Origin: Hormiphora californensis
Taxonomy: Eukaryota > Animalia > Ctenophora
Length of the DNA stretch: 64,000 nt
Assembly: GCA_020137815.1 (NCBI GenBank)
Contig: CM035361.1
Coordinates: 3,658,001 to 3,722,000 of the forward strand
Direction: 5' to 3'
The first letter of the stretch is position 1. Each line of letters opens with the position of its first letter. Positions 34,921-48,729 of this stretch are shown one piece after another. The translations under genes were made by a program, and so were the position numbers. The notes beneath the pieces are model-generated. The model worked only from the letters and a program-made list of their open reading frames with translations. It did no database searches and was not told the DNA's origin.

Positions 34921-37788
34921 CGGCCGCAAGGTTTTTTTTTCAAAGCTATTATTAAGCATCAGGAATCAATAGTTTATTTAAAGAAATTATGGTATATCGC
35001 AATTAGATTATTTACATTCAATTGACTTGCAACGTAATATTTTTCACACATACACATAAAGTTAAAAACGGACGGAAATAAAATTAATTGCAAATTCTCT
35101 CTCTCTGAAAACACACAGCAATCCATATATAAATTGATGTCAGATCAGATATGTTTGACTCGCTGATCTCTATACTGTAAGGTTCAAGTCAGTGCCAAAT
35201 ATTTGAGATTGACTCGCACAGTTCAAGTTTCAGCTTGCACTGAATATATTTGGAGCTCTTAATTGTCAGACTAATATTGTCCTAACTCCTCCACCACCAC
35301 TACTGCCACTACTACTACCCCGTGTTGACGAAGAAGAGTCTAATGAAGATGAACTAGGCGGGGGAATCCTCGGCAGAATCTTCTTTCTTGCCAGAACCTT
35401 CTCTTTCCGTTTTACCACACACACCACACTGACGCCCTCATCTTCCTTCGGGTGTGGCGATCTTCGGCGAGTCATCCGAGGGCTGGTGGTTTTGTTGTCT
35501 GGCCGCTTGCAGCACCGTCCTCCCCGGTCCCGTTTCAGTTTTCCACCCGATCGTATTAGTTTCGTGTCTGGGGAAGGCGAGGGAGGCCTGGTGGAGAGAT
35601 AGATGGGTGTTAGAATTGGGGAGAGAGATGGGTGTTAGAATTGGGGAGAGATATGGGTGTTAGAGTTGGGGAGGGAAGGGATTAGAGTTTGTAGTCGGGG
35701 GAAGAAGAGTTTCGGGATGTCACAAATCCACATGAAAAGTTATGCCCTGGTACCTTACAATATAATATCTCGGGTTGTACTTGTAATTAGTATGTTAAAA
35801 CTCCGTGCCTTACTCTACTATTACTCAACAATTAGATACCCCGTCAACGATTAGATATTATCTTGTATCTACCTTGTGTCTGTCAACTTATACTCAGTCG
35901 ATATCGTTTATATACATATCGTGAGCTTAGATCTGATATCATTCGGGGTATCTACTTATCTTAAGGGGTCTGCAGTCTGCACACAGGATTGTACAATTAA
36001 GAGAGAGTTATCAGAATTTCCCCATGGTCGCGTGTTCTCGCTGCTGGACCCCCTTTATATGATCCGTTGACAAGCGTTTGTTTAAAACTGTACAACGATG
36101 GACGACTGATCACTGTCGATATCAGTTGCAGTTTGACGGCAAACCAGTTCTACTAAAATCAAGAATTACATATGCTGTACTATTAAAACTGTACATTTTG
36201 GCATGAAATAAAACCACACAGATCCACATCCACACGAATTGCCAAATGCCAATTAATGAACCGCAAAAAATACATGCAATTGCACATAAAGTGTGTCCGC
36301 GCAGATCTGCATCAATGTATCAAGGCCGAGAAAATTTAGGGTAAAGTTAATTTGATCTTGGAAGTATTGGATTTTGTAAAGTTTAAGATCAGCTGTGATA
36401 TGAAGCGTTGAAACCTTTCTAAGTTAAGAGTGTTGACACGTCGACGTATATTATACCGAACTAATTGACCCGAAAGTGATATGGAATGGATTGAAAGTGA
36501 TCCCCTAGGAGCTGTTTCATGCTATGAAAATTCCGTAATGGTACTTATTTGATCCCAAACTTGACTTGTTTCTCTATCACAACGATAAACCAAAAAGACG
36601 GAAATCCCCAGTATCGTAGGTTTCTTTTTTTTTGTAACTTGACGAACATCTTGAACAAGCTAATGCTAAAACACAAAACAATTATTCCAAGCGATAAAAA
36701 AATATCGGTATTGCTCGAGATTAAAAAGAATCGAACAAAAATAAGATAATCGAGACAAAGAAATGTTGCTGGCACGAGTTCATGCAACAATAATTGTAGT
36801 TCTGCCCTCAACTTAGTCAATTTGCTTAGCCGCAAATCTTCAAACCGTGTTTGACTTTGAGGACAACAGAGATCTGCTTGGAAATTAAAACAGACCATGG
36901 GGAGTGGGAAATAAAGTATAAAGGAGTATAAGGAGAGACATCTTTGTCGTAGTATATAGAAGTGGTAAAGAAGTTAGGAACAACGATTAATATTGGTACT
37001 TATCCCATTACCCGCCCACGCGGAAGAGAAAAAAGATAGAAAGATAGAGAGATAAAAACTAAAAAGATAGAAAGATAGCGACGCTGGCATTCATGATGTG
37101 ATCCTGAACAGAAAAAAAAAACTCAAATTTTAGTTCCTGGGAGTTTATTCATGAAACAAACGTCAATTCAAAATTAATTTCACCTCAAAAGAGAGAAATA
37201 ATTATATCCGGCTCAAATTCAGATATATGTTATGCTTTTAGGTCATAACTTTTAGGTCATAACTTTTATTTCGATCATTTATGTGCTCTAATTTTCCATC
37301 CATCAGCCTAGTTCTATCATTTTTTCATCTTGTACACTATCTTTGTCTCTATACGGTAAGATGAGGTGTCGAGCTGTGATTAATATATCATCACTTTTAG
37401 GAGGGGAGCGTGACATAAATTGTTAAGAAGTAAAACGGATGAAATAATCGTTTAGGAAAAAGTTAATTGACATTTTTATATCTTAGTTCTTCCCTGTGCA
37501 AAATTGGGTTGTGCAATAAAAATAATAAACAGTTTCGGGAATAAGCCAAACACAGCTGTTTTCAAAAGTTCAAACAAATTATTTTATTGAAATGTATTAT
37601 TGAAATATTTTTGAAAGGTATGAAATAACTTATGATATGTTCATCAGAATACAAGTTATTTATACAAATTAATAAAATATCATTGTTTTATCGTCTTATG
37701 GAGATTACGTAACTTTCACTGTCAGTCATTTCCCCAATGCATATCCACGCGGCTGGCTTCAAATTCTTTATAGGGGATTGGGATGCGA

Positions 37789-40700
37789 TTACAGTATTAA
37801 ACCTCCTTTAGAAGATGCAACGGTGAATATCTCCATCATCAATCCTACATTTAGACACGTTGCTCCTGGAAATAAATTAGTTGAACTTTAAATCGTTTTA
37901 TAAAGGAGTTAGGAGCAATGAAGTATTTATGAAGAAACAGTGAGGTGTTTTATGAAGGAGTAAAATAGACTTACCAGCAATTCGAATGGTTGCATTGTAG
38001 AGGAGGGTGTATGTGTATAGCACCATGGCCAAACCAACGATTATCAGCACAATTCCTACAGTAAAAAGAGGTTTTTAGGTAATTTGGTAATAATAATATA
38101 TCCCATTCCTGTAATTTACAGTGTAAATAACGATTTATACTGGGTTGAGGGTAGTTGGTGTAAGCTCTCATTAGTTATTAGTAACCACAACTGCGACAGT
38201 GCACACGGTGTCCCTTAAGGAGGTGGAACCTCGGCTAGATAAAGTTTTTTGGAGACCGGACCTAGGTTACGTATTTTTGACCGAGGAATCCGAAAAACAT
38301 AAAATTAAAATCGAAAACGTAGCGGTTTTTGCGTAAAACGGCAAAAACTGTCATTTTTCAGCGATTTTCGACTTTTTACGCTTTCTAGAGATTTAAAAAA
38401 TATTTCCTTACAAGATATGATCTTGTGCTTCTAGACTAATAAAATACAATCGATTTGCTACAAATTGGTCCCGGGTTTGTGTGATTTGGTCAAAAGCTCT
38501 CTTTACTGTGGCCCATCAAAGATGGCCACTCTTCAAATACGTTTTTGGCTCCTGTGGCCGCAGATGTAAACCAAAAGAAGATTTATTATACACCAAAATT
38601 TGCGTCTTCTGAAGGCGAACAACCTGGTTTTTACGAAATTTGATTTCATGCAGGCGTTCAAAAATTACAGCCGAAAAACTGGTACAGTGGATTTCGGAAA
38701 TACCCCTACTTCAACAAACCCTAATCCAGATAAGATTTCGAAAAATATACATCTTCATACATGAAAATGAAGCTCAGACAAATGCCAACGTGATGCAAAA
38801 AACGGGAAGTGTGTAACTTATTTCGTTTAGAAGCTATAGCGAAAATAAAAGTGCCTGTATTTGCCTTGAAAACACCCTCTAAAAGCCCTGAAAAATAGCA
38901 AATCTGTCTAAAAATGCAATACGAATAAAATGTCACCTCCAGTGCACCAACTTAGCCCCCTGTGGACAGAATTTGTTTGAAATTGTCAGAAATTGTCTGA
39001 AAGTATGGTTTTTAGAGGGTGTTTTCAAGGCAAATACAAGCACTTTTATTTTCGCTATAGCTTCTAAACGAAATAAGTTACACACTTCCCGTTTTTTGCA
39101 TCACGTTGGCATTTGTCTGAGCTTCATTTTCATGTATGAAGATGTATATTTTTCGAAATCTTATCTGGATTAGGGTTTGTTGAAGTAGGGGTATTTCCGA
39201 AATACACTGTACCAGTTTTTCGGCTGTAATTTTTGAACGCCTGCATGAAATCAAATTTCGTAAAAACCAGGTTGTTCGCCTTCAGAAGACGCAAATTTTG
39301 GTGTATAATAAATCTTCTTTTGGTTTACATCTGCGGCCACAGGAGCCAAAAACGTATTTGAAGAGTGGCCATCTTTGATGGGCCACAGTAAAGAGAGCTT
39401 TTGACCAAATCACACAAACCCGGGACCAATTTGTAGCAAATCGATTGTATTTTATTAGTCTAGAAGCACAAGATCATATCTTGTAAGGAAATATTTTTTA
39501 AATCTCTAGAAAGCGTAAAAAGTCGAAAATCGCTGAAAAATGACAGTTTTTGCCGTTTTACGCAAAAACCGCTACGTTTTCGATTTTAATTTTATGTTTT
39601 TCGGATTCCTCGGTCAAAAATACGTAACCTAGGTCCGGTCTCCAAAAAACTTTATCTAGCCGAGGTTCCACCTCCTTAAGGGACACCGTGTGCAACCTTT
39701 ACTATAGCTAATGGCCGTTGCACATTCAAATGATCAATGTGACATTCGCCTTATTAACTTTATATGTTTAAAACAGTGATGCCATATCTAAATCTTGGAA
39801 AAATTGATAGACGTTCCAAGAATAAAAGTTTTACTCAGATCATCGTTTACAGCAGCCAAATATACTAGACTACTACCAAGCAGTTGCTTCAGACTTTAGT
39901 ACAAGCAGTACCATAATATGTCTAGTTTTGTTTTGTTTTCTAGTTTTTTTTTAAAAAACGTTTGGCTTGCGAATAAACGTTTAAAACCTCACGTGGTTGG
40001 TCAACAAAAGCGATTCCAAGACATCTAGAAGTTTATTTTAAGTCCAACTAATTTTCAAATATGGTGTGCGGAGTGCGGACTTTATAAGTACTAAAATCAC
40101 GAAAAGCGAACTCGAGATTTCGGCCATTAGGCTTGAAACGAGAGTTTGCATTGCCTAACGAGGTTAGGGGTTAGAGTGGTGGTTTCCCCAGAGTATCCAG
40201 GGAAATTGGGGTCCGACTGTACTTACCGAGGGATAAGAAAGTGGTGAAAAGCCGTTTGTTGGAACTTTTATAGACGCTATTTGCCTTACTAAATTCCTCT
40301 CGCATCTCATTTGGTACGTCCACGTTTAGTTGACCTTCCTGTAATGAAGCAGTTTATGAAGGAGCAGGGGATGCAGAATACATATATTGAGATACAGTAG
40401 TAAATTATTTTATAAAGGAGCAGAAAATTATGTTTATGAAGGAGCAGTCTGTAATCTGTTATACAGACTGATCTGTATTTAAACTTGAAGGATGTTCAAC
40501 TCTACCAAGACCGCATTGAACAACAGAGATATAAAATATATTTTCTTCATAAATCATTCTCTCTTAATCTATGAAATTACAATACAATATCTTCCCTCTT
40601 TTGCAATGGAATAATGCTTATTACGGTCTGTAGACGACTCGTTGATTTATTGCAGGAAAACATAAAACTTCCCTCTTTTGTATATCTAATAAAGTATTTT

Positions 40701-43192
40701 GTGCAACTTAAATTGTTCCAGATCAATAACTGTTTATAACAGCTTCCAATTTCCTAGCAGATATCTGCAACACATTGCCTTAGTGCCATATAGCTTCATA
40801 GAACTATATTGGCTTTGCACATTAATATGAAGTATGTGCAGTGAGAACTTTATTTCGCCAGCTTGGAATTCGAATCTCCTATAGTATTTTAATTTCCTCA
40901 ATATCCTCGACCCTATATTACGATCAATTCACCAATATGTTTATATAATAGCCTGTAGGGTACTTGGGAAATTCCCATCCAGAAATGTCCGAGTATATAT
41001 AAATGAGCTTTGGTTGCAATGATATTATATAAGCTGCTCATTTCAATAGCCTGGTAAAAGTTCTTTGCTTGCTTAAAATAAATTTACAAATCTGCAATGT
41101 TTAAAATGCAAATTTGGCCAGATAAAACCCTGAGCAAATAATTATTATTTCCTGACTTGCTTCTATTTTTAGTCCACACTACCATGGATCTACCTCGTAT
41201 CAAGGCTGCTAGGAGAAGGAAAAATATTGAAAAGATGGGAAACCAACCACTCATAGGTTTGATTCATTATTTGTTAGCAACCAACCACTCATAGGTTTGA
41301 TTCACTATATTTGTTAGTGTTTTACCTAGCAAACAACCACTCATAGGTTTGATTCACTATATTTGTTTTCATAGCCATTTTAGTCTATGCATATGGGCTC
41401 AATGGGTATTATGGGACAGCCCTCGAGCTCATCGGATGATTTCTAAAAGAATTTATTTTTCGAGACGATAATAGCTGATGACGTCTGACATAGATCAGTC
41501 GAAAGCTCCTGTTCTTAATTGAATATTAGTACTGCAAAATCGTTGTTTCTCTTTAAACGATAATTCAGTCCTAACTTACGTTAAACTTGTTAAAGCTATC
41601 CTGCAGCTGGTATGTTACATTAGCATGATTCAGCAACCCAGCCATGTGTTCTCCCATAGCGACCTGGTGTTGTTTGACCATTGGATACGTTGCTGGGTCC
41701 GTCGTGGGATTATCTATAGGGAATTAGAGAAATTATAATTATAATTAGAATAATTATGTAAAGGGAATTAGAGGAGTTTGGGAAACGGGGCAATAATTCC
41801 GGATGCGTTGGATTCAGAAAAGCTCCATGCCTAGCTGGCCTGGTCAAGTTTCAACCCATTATTGCAAAGGAGTGGTAACCATGGCAACCTTTGTTGAGTA
41901 ACGTGTAACCATGGTAACGTGTAACCATGGCAACGTACCCTGTTTCTCAGAGGGATCAGTTTGTTGATCACTTGGAGCTGCAGATGGCTTCTTTTCCATT
42001 GTTTCCTTATCAAAGATTGTAGTGTTCCAGTTCTTGTCGTCCTTCTTCTCCTGCGGAATTTAGGGGTTTTTCACGGTTCAGAGGGGTTTAGGGTTTATGG
42101 TTCAGGGTTTAGATGGGTTCAGGGTTTGAAGTTTAGGGTTCAGGGTTTAACTGGTTCAGCCGGTTCAGCTGGTTATCAGGGTTCAGCTGGTTCAGAGTTC
42201 AGGGTTCAGCGGGTGATGGCGTCCAAAAAACAAGATGCATATGAAAATGGATGAGTTATACAATTTAAAAAGTGGTTTTACCTCAAAATAAGCTTTACAC
42301 GCAATATCTGCAACATCAAATTTAAACCCTCCAAGACCCCCTCCCCCTCCTCCTCCTCCTCCCATCGGAGACTTCCCTGATGTTAGTGGTGTATTGGGAC
42401 CGCTGCGTTTCCGTGGGGTTGACGGGGAGAGGGCTACAACAAGACCGGCAGAAGGTGCATCTCTGGTTGTCACGCTTTTACCCGATTCAGGATTTGATGA
42501 GCCCCTAGGGGGAAATAGTATAGCGATATGTACAATGGGTTTTGGATTAGATGTACGTATTACGTAACCAATTAGTTAATTGGCATAATTGGTATGAGGA
42601 AAAGCTAGTGTTTGTCCTAACCCATGAAACCCAATTCGGAAGTACCCAGTGCCCTATCAGAAGTTAGTGGGGGAAATAGCCGCGTGTCCTGAACCTGAGG
42701 CTCAGACCACGACTGTTTTCCCCCAATCTAACGTGAAAATCGTCACGTCGGTAGTTTAAACCGGTCGCCATGGTTACAATACCCGTACAAACCCGGTCGC
42801 CATGGTTACCACACACTCACACACTCGACTCACAGTATATGGGGAGGTGGTGAAACGTTTTCCTCAGATTCCTGTTCCCCTCCCGCCGCTGCAGCAGTAC
42901 CATCAATCTGTTCGTCTTGATCTGGCATTTACTGGACATGTTAGATAGTCAGAATATGTAATATTTATTACTCGAACATTCCGTACGAATATTTGAGTTT
43001 GGAAAACAAAGCAAACAGTTAACACATTTCACACTAGAACAAAACTGTAAACTATAACCTTTAACTAAAACTGTAAACTATAAAATTTAAGCAACTATAA
43101 GTAGAAGCAAATATAAGTTATAGAAGCAACTATAGTATACACAAAATTCCTAGTAAGTATATATACCAATACGAATGTACTTGTGAGGGATC

Positions 43193-43224
<32 letters not shown>

Positions 43225-43314
43225 GAAAATGACCAACTGTGAGGCTATGAATTTACGGCTCCCTTCTTCTTCTAGGAGAGAAAGAGGGAGAGAGAGAGGG
43301 AGAGGGAGAAAAAA

Positions 43315-43365
<51 letters not shown>

Positions 43366-44251
43366 ATGCTCATGAAAGCTAATTATAGAAGCTCTGTGCA
43401 ACTCACATACTGGGAGAGTAACAACAGAAGAAGCTCCCTACATCATACAGCAAGCTCTGCAGTTTACACACAATGAGAGCTATATAATAATACTCGGACC
43501 CCGATTTACCGGGGTGCTCGGGGGACCTCCCGGTAAATCGGGGTTCCTGTAAATCAGAGCCCGTTAATTCGGGGTCCGACTGTTATAGCAAGCTCTGTTA
43601 TATCAAAACACACAATGAGCTTCGTAGACTCGAGGAGCGCTTTGCTCTATGCCAATTTACCAATTACCATAAGCTCCTGTATATAAGCAATACCCTATCT
43701 TTCTCTTCCTTTCTAAACAATTCATTCTCGAACCCCCTCTTCTTTTCCTTTTTCTATCCTCTCACTGATCTCTCTATCCTATAATACAGCTGTAGGTAAT
43801 ATATCATCGATCATTAAATTTCCCAACAACAAACATGCAGCAACCAAGCTCAAAGCTGAATATTTGCTCGACCCTCTGCAGCTATCCGTGAACAAAGCAA
43901 AATAAAGAAATATGGTAAACATTCGTAGGTTATAGGTTATGCCGAATAATGACACATGGAATATGCGGAATAAATATCCTATTCGGAAGAATGGGTAACT
44001 GATGGAGAGAGAAGGAAATTGCTGACAGTGGCAGTTCTTGTAGAACTTTAAACAAACTCAAGAACATCCTGCAAGAGCGTTTCAGGTATAAAATATCAGT
44101 AAAATAATATACCGGCTGTACATTGCAAACTCACATATAACTGAAGCACAACTACTTTCTTGCGGGCAAGGAACAACACACAGGGAAAGAAGCCATTACC
44201 GGAGAGAAAGAGAGGAGAAAGAGAGAGAGAGCCCTCCCTTCTCTCTCTCTA

Positions 44252-44283
<32 letters not shown>

Positions 44284-45327
44284 CTCTCTCTCATCGCTTC
44301 TCTTCTCTCTCTCTCTCTCTCTCCTTCGCTCGGAGCTAACTCTCCTCTAGATAGGATCAGAGCGACGCATCAAGATCCCAATGGAGAAAGTCCGCCGAGA
44401 GCGAGCTCATCTCCATTCTCTTCCCTATTCCCAAGAGAGAGGTCGGTCCGCATAGACGTGCGCTCATGGCTACTCTTTCTCTAGACTGCACATACATCGC
44501 CCGATCTCCTCTTCCCACACAAACGAACAACTCACATCGTTAAGATTAAGTACCAGCGGATTTTTATATTTTAAACCAATCATCTCAAAGGATTTTCTCA
44601 AATCTGAGTTGGTTTTCTAAACTGCAATTCATCCTGGGTAGATACTCAGACCGCCTTCCCACCCAGCATCACCCGCCTTCCCCCGCCCCAGATTGATTGA
44701 CCGTGCACTGCAGTACTGCCCACTTCCCCCACCCAGATTAAGCCAGGGCCGCCTTCCTCTGCCTCGAGGTTCCAATAATCTACCGCTGACCAAGTACCTC
44801 TTCACCCAAAAAAAAGTTCACCAAATGTAAGTCATTCTTCCTCCTCAAATTTAGTTTTTGTATGCGTGTCACTGTCAAAACTCGGCAGATGTTAATTTGT
44901 TCGTTAGCAATGCGGATACTACTTTCACAAGAGCAAGATAAATGGAGAGGAGAGACCCGCACGATAGAACAGAAATGAGAGGAGATAGAGTGGAGATATA
45001 CAGACTAGAAGAGATAGATAGAGATCAGATATAGAGATAGCATGGGAGAGAGAGAGATCATATCGAGAGATGGGCTTAGGGGTGTGTTTTGTGTGTGTGT
45101 TTACTTGTGCCTAGGGCGTGACTATGCAGGAACTATGGCGTATACTAAGTTCCTCATGTCATTGTATGCATTTTGTAAATCTAGTCCACTGTTTGTTAGC
45201 CCTCAAATGATAACCATGGTAACTGTAATGATGCAACATAATCGAAGAATCAATTTGCATTTCTATTTCTATGTATACTCTAACAATCGACAACGTCTAT
45301 AGTAATGATCGTTCACTCGGCACCCAT
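37789..45327 (-). CDS. Uncharacterised 249-aa protein, disordered N-terminus, two C-terminal hydrophobic (TM-like) segments
   Basis: 7 phase-compatible exons: 45327-45317, 42504-42282, 42050-41939, 41713-41580, 40338-40227, 38055-37975, 37865-37789 (750 nt). Starts MGAEGSSNPES and ends LFTTFLSLGIVLIIVGLAMVLYTYTLLYNATIRIAGATCLNVGLMMEIFTVASSKGGLIL*. The 11-nt first coding exon is the least certain part. Confidence 0.75.
38204..39690. mobile_element. Young foldback element, ~680-bp near-identical arms, CACGGTG termini
   Basis: 38204-38884 is the reverse complement of ~39009-39690 with only a couple of mismatches seen; flanked by tgca on both sides. Confidence 0.9.
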
Positions 45328-46441
45328 TGTTGTTGTCTTTGGTGACCTCAAATTTCCTGCCAGCAACAGAAATTGTTGACCATTTCCTTAATTTGTATAT
45401 TATATATATGTGTGACCGGGTCAGATAAAATCACCCCCGTAAGATTCCCCGAACTTGATCCAGGAAGTGGGTATTTCAGGAGGATGAGAGAGAGAGAGAG
45501 CGATATAGGGAGAGAGAAAGATAGGGAGAGAGATATAGGGAGAGAAAGATAGGGAGATAGAGATAGGGAGAGAAAGATAGGGAGAGAGATCTCGCGCGAT
45601 CGCTCGCGCTCGCTCTCTATCTCTCTCGCGTCTCTTTCTCTCTCTCTCTTCTCTCCTCTCCTTCTCTCTGGCGGCGCTCGCGCGCCTCGCTCTCTCTTCG
45701 TCGCGCTCGCGCTCTCTCTCTCTCTCGCCTCTCGTCTCTCTCTCGCGCTGCCCGCTCTCCGGTCTCGCCGCTCGTGGAGCTCGCGCTAGCTCGCCCGCTT
45801 CTGTTCGCACTCTTCTTTCTCCTCCCTCTCGGTGCGCGCGCACCCTCTTACGCTCCCTCCTGGGAGAGAGATAAGAGCGAGAGAGAGAGAGAGAGAAGCG
45901 AGAGTAGAGAGGAGATAGAGAGACCAGGGAAGCGATGAGACGAGAGAAAGAGGAGAATAATGTACATCGTCATTGTGGTCGAGAATCAGATTCACACTAA
46001 CATATCTGTATGCTTCCGTTAGGGACCCTAAAATTTTATGAGTTTACTACCCAATTGCTACAATATTATTCTTTCACCGTAGCTCTTATCTCTATAGTTA
46101 ATCAGTAACTATAATAATAATTATAATCTATTGATTATAAAAAGTCAGTTAATTTATTGGACCAGCAAAATAATCATTAATGCCCACATAAGCATATGTG
46201 GCATATACTTTGTACCAGCATCCAACTTGTACTAATTTCCTTTAGCGGACCCGCAGTGTGTAATTAAGATTGAGAGAGATAGGAGCTAGCAGAGACTGCG
46301 CGATAGAGAGATAGATGCTAGAGAGAGATATGAGCGAGATAGTAGAGTAAAAGAGTCTCGAGAGCCCGAGATCGCTAGAGATATGCGAGTATATATATCT
46401 CGATATATAGAGAGCGCCTAGATGCTATAGAGAGAGAGAGT

Positions 46442-46480
<39 letters not shown>

Positions 46481-46521
46481 AAGCGCGATGACAAGCTCTA
46501 GATATAGAGAGAGCGAGAAGA

Positions 46522-46575
<54 letters not shown>

Positions 46576-46798
46576 AAGAGAGAGGTATAGTTGGATGGAC
46601 AGAGAGTCAAACGAGTCATGAAGCATATTAATTCTAGCGTGTATTTTTACATGTTTTTATTGTAGTCCGTTGATTTTGCCTCAATCTTGTATCCACGTGA
46701 AGCTGCCTAGGTCAGTGTCATGTATCTTGGATATTTTAAGTTTTCGACAATTGATCCATTCTCAAGCTGTATAAATAGCGGGTCTCGTTTTGTCACAC

Positions 46799-48598
46799 AT
46801 GTCTGAGGAGACCAAGGCAGGTCCTGTTCCTACCACTACTAAACCTGGTCCTGTTCCCACCACTAATAGACCTGGGCCCCCTCCTGTTGCCACCACTACT
46901 AAACCTGGTCCCCCTCCTGTTGCCACCACTACTAAACCGGGTCCCCCTCCTGTTGCCACTAAAAGACCTCCCAAAAGGAGACAGAGCTTAGTTAGCAAAA
47001 GCAGCGTGACCAAGCTCAGACTTGCCTGCACCGGGACTGTTCAAGGTACCTATACCCCAATTTATAGGGATCCGATTTTCCCGAACCCCGATTTTCCCGA
47101 ACCCTTTTCCCGGTAAACCCGGGGTCCGAATGTACAACAACAACAATACATTTGGTGTTATTTGCCCCTAAGTGGGTTGACTGTGAGCGACAGGGTCCGT
47201 TATGGGTAGCTTCAACTGTGGGTTCCGAAGACCGAGTACCGACCCAATCTGAATATAGAAATCAAAATGGGTAGGGCGACGGGTAGGGCGGCGGGTAGGG
47301 CGGCGGGTAGGGCGACGGGTAGGGCGACGGGTAGGGCGGCGGGTAGGGCGGCGGGTAGGGCGGGTGGGGCGGTGTTTCACTTCAGTTGGTGCAACTCAAT
47401 TAACCATCAACTAACTCCCCCTGCTTCTTTTGCAGGTCGATTAAAAAGTGTTTTCTCCATGAATAGTTTCCAGGAGGCGCTCTACGACGCAGATGACAGG
47501 TAGGTTTTACAATTTCCCTCCAGCGATTTACCCTGTCTCACATGGGAGCGTGCAAAAAGTCAGTTCAGCAATCAGCACGATATATTATGCCCGTGAAAGT
47601 TCCTCGGCCTCTCACCCCTGTAACCACTCTCCTCGCTCCTCACGGGAGTGTGGGAGAAAAGTTTGCACCTCCACCAATGATCTCTCCCCCTCTATGTTGG
47701 TGTGTATCACCTCCTCTCACCCCTATCTCCCCCTATAATAGGTTGGTTTGTGTGTCACCTCCTCTCACCCTTACTCCCCCTATACTAGGTTGGTGTGTGT
47801 CACCTCCTCTCACCCCTATCTCCCCCAGGGGAGTCCCCCTCTAGGTTGGTGTATGTGTCACCTCCTCTCACCCCTTACTCCCTACTCCCTACTCTAGGTT
47901 GGTGTATGTGTCACCTCCTCTCACCTCCTCTCACCCCTATTCCCCCTCTAGGTTGGTGTGTGTCACCTCCTGATCTCACCCCTTACTCTCTATACTTTAG
48001 GTTGGTGTGTGTGACGTTTAGTGCCAAATGGTGCGGTCCCTGGAGAATGATAAAACCAGACGTTCAGAGACTCAGTCACATACATGGTGACGTTCTATTT
48101 TATGAGGTACTTTATAGCAGGAACCGACCGAATCAGGAAATACTGCTCCCTGATTGGCTGATAACCAGTCACGTGACCTAAATAACGAGCTCTGATTGGT
48201 TGTTTACTTGCCTTAGGTCGATGTAGACGATAATGAAGACATTGCACTGCAGAGAAAGATCGTCTGCATGCCTACTTTCCAGTTTTTTAAGAGCGGCTTC
48301 ATGCTGGAAAGATTTGCAGAACCGAACAGGTAAATCAGTTTCCTTAGATCCGTGTACTGTGCTTGAGTCCCGTGTCAGAGACAGTGTATAATGTACACAA
48401 CTCCCTTGATGATAAATCCCCCCCCCCCCCCCCCGTAGTTGTCCCAATACCATCACATGATTGATAATTAATAAACAATTAATTACATCCCGCCGCAGGA
48501 TTAAGTTGGATGAGACAATACGGAAACTCAGAAAGTTGGAAGTTCGGAGATACGAGGGTTCCTTCGAGAAAATCTGCCTCCTCTCGGACTCTAATTAA
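46799..48598 (+). CDS. Thioredoxin-domain protein with N-terminal Pro/Thr repeats, atypical WCGPW site, 209 aa
   Basis: 5 phase-compatible exons: 46799-47045, 47436-47499, 48001-48106, 48217-48329, 48499-48598. Trx motifs LVCVTFSAKWCGP, FYEVDVDDNEDIA, MPTFQFFKSG; N-terminal (PGPPPVATTTK)-like repeats. Confidence 0.9.
47269..47369. repeat. 12-bp G-rich tandem repeat (gggtagggcgRc) in intron 1 of the thioredoxin-like gene
   Basis: About 8 copies. Confidence 0.9.
47685..48012. repeat. ~45-bp minisatellite containing the exon-3 acceptor (tag|gttggtgtgtgt)
   Basis: About 7 units of taggttggtgtRtgtcacctcctctcacccc; the last unit is the real acceptor. Confidence 0.9.
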
Positions 48599-48729
48599 TT
48601 ATTAATTAATTATTTATCATGTGATGGTATTGGGATGATACATACAAAGATTTCTGGGATACATATCGGAGATTTACTTACCAGTTACATAAATTCGTAA
48701 AAGCTCCAATTTGTACAATACCCATAGGC

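Noticed and set aside
32840-39173. Paired ORFs MPQKPKFFTAK... and ...LEGVFKANT... on opposite strands
   Set aside because: Mirror images from foldback arms, with no transposase motifs
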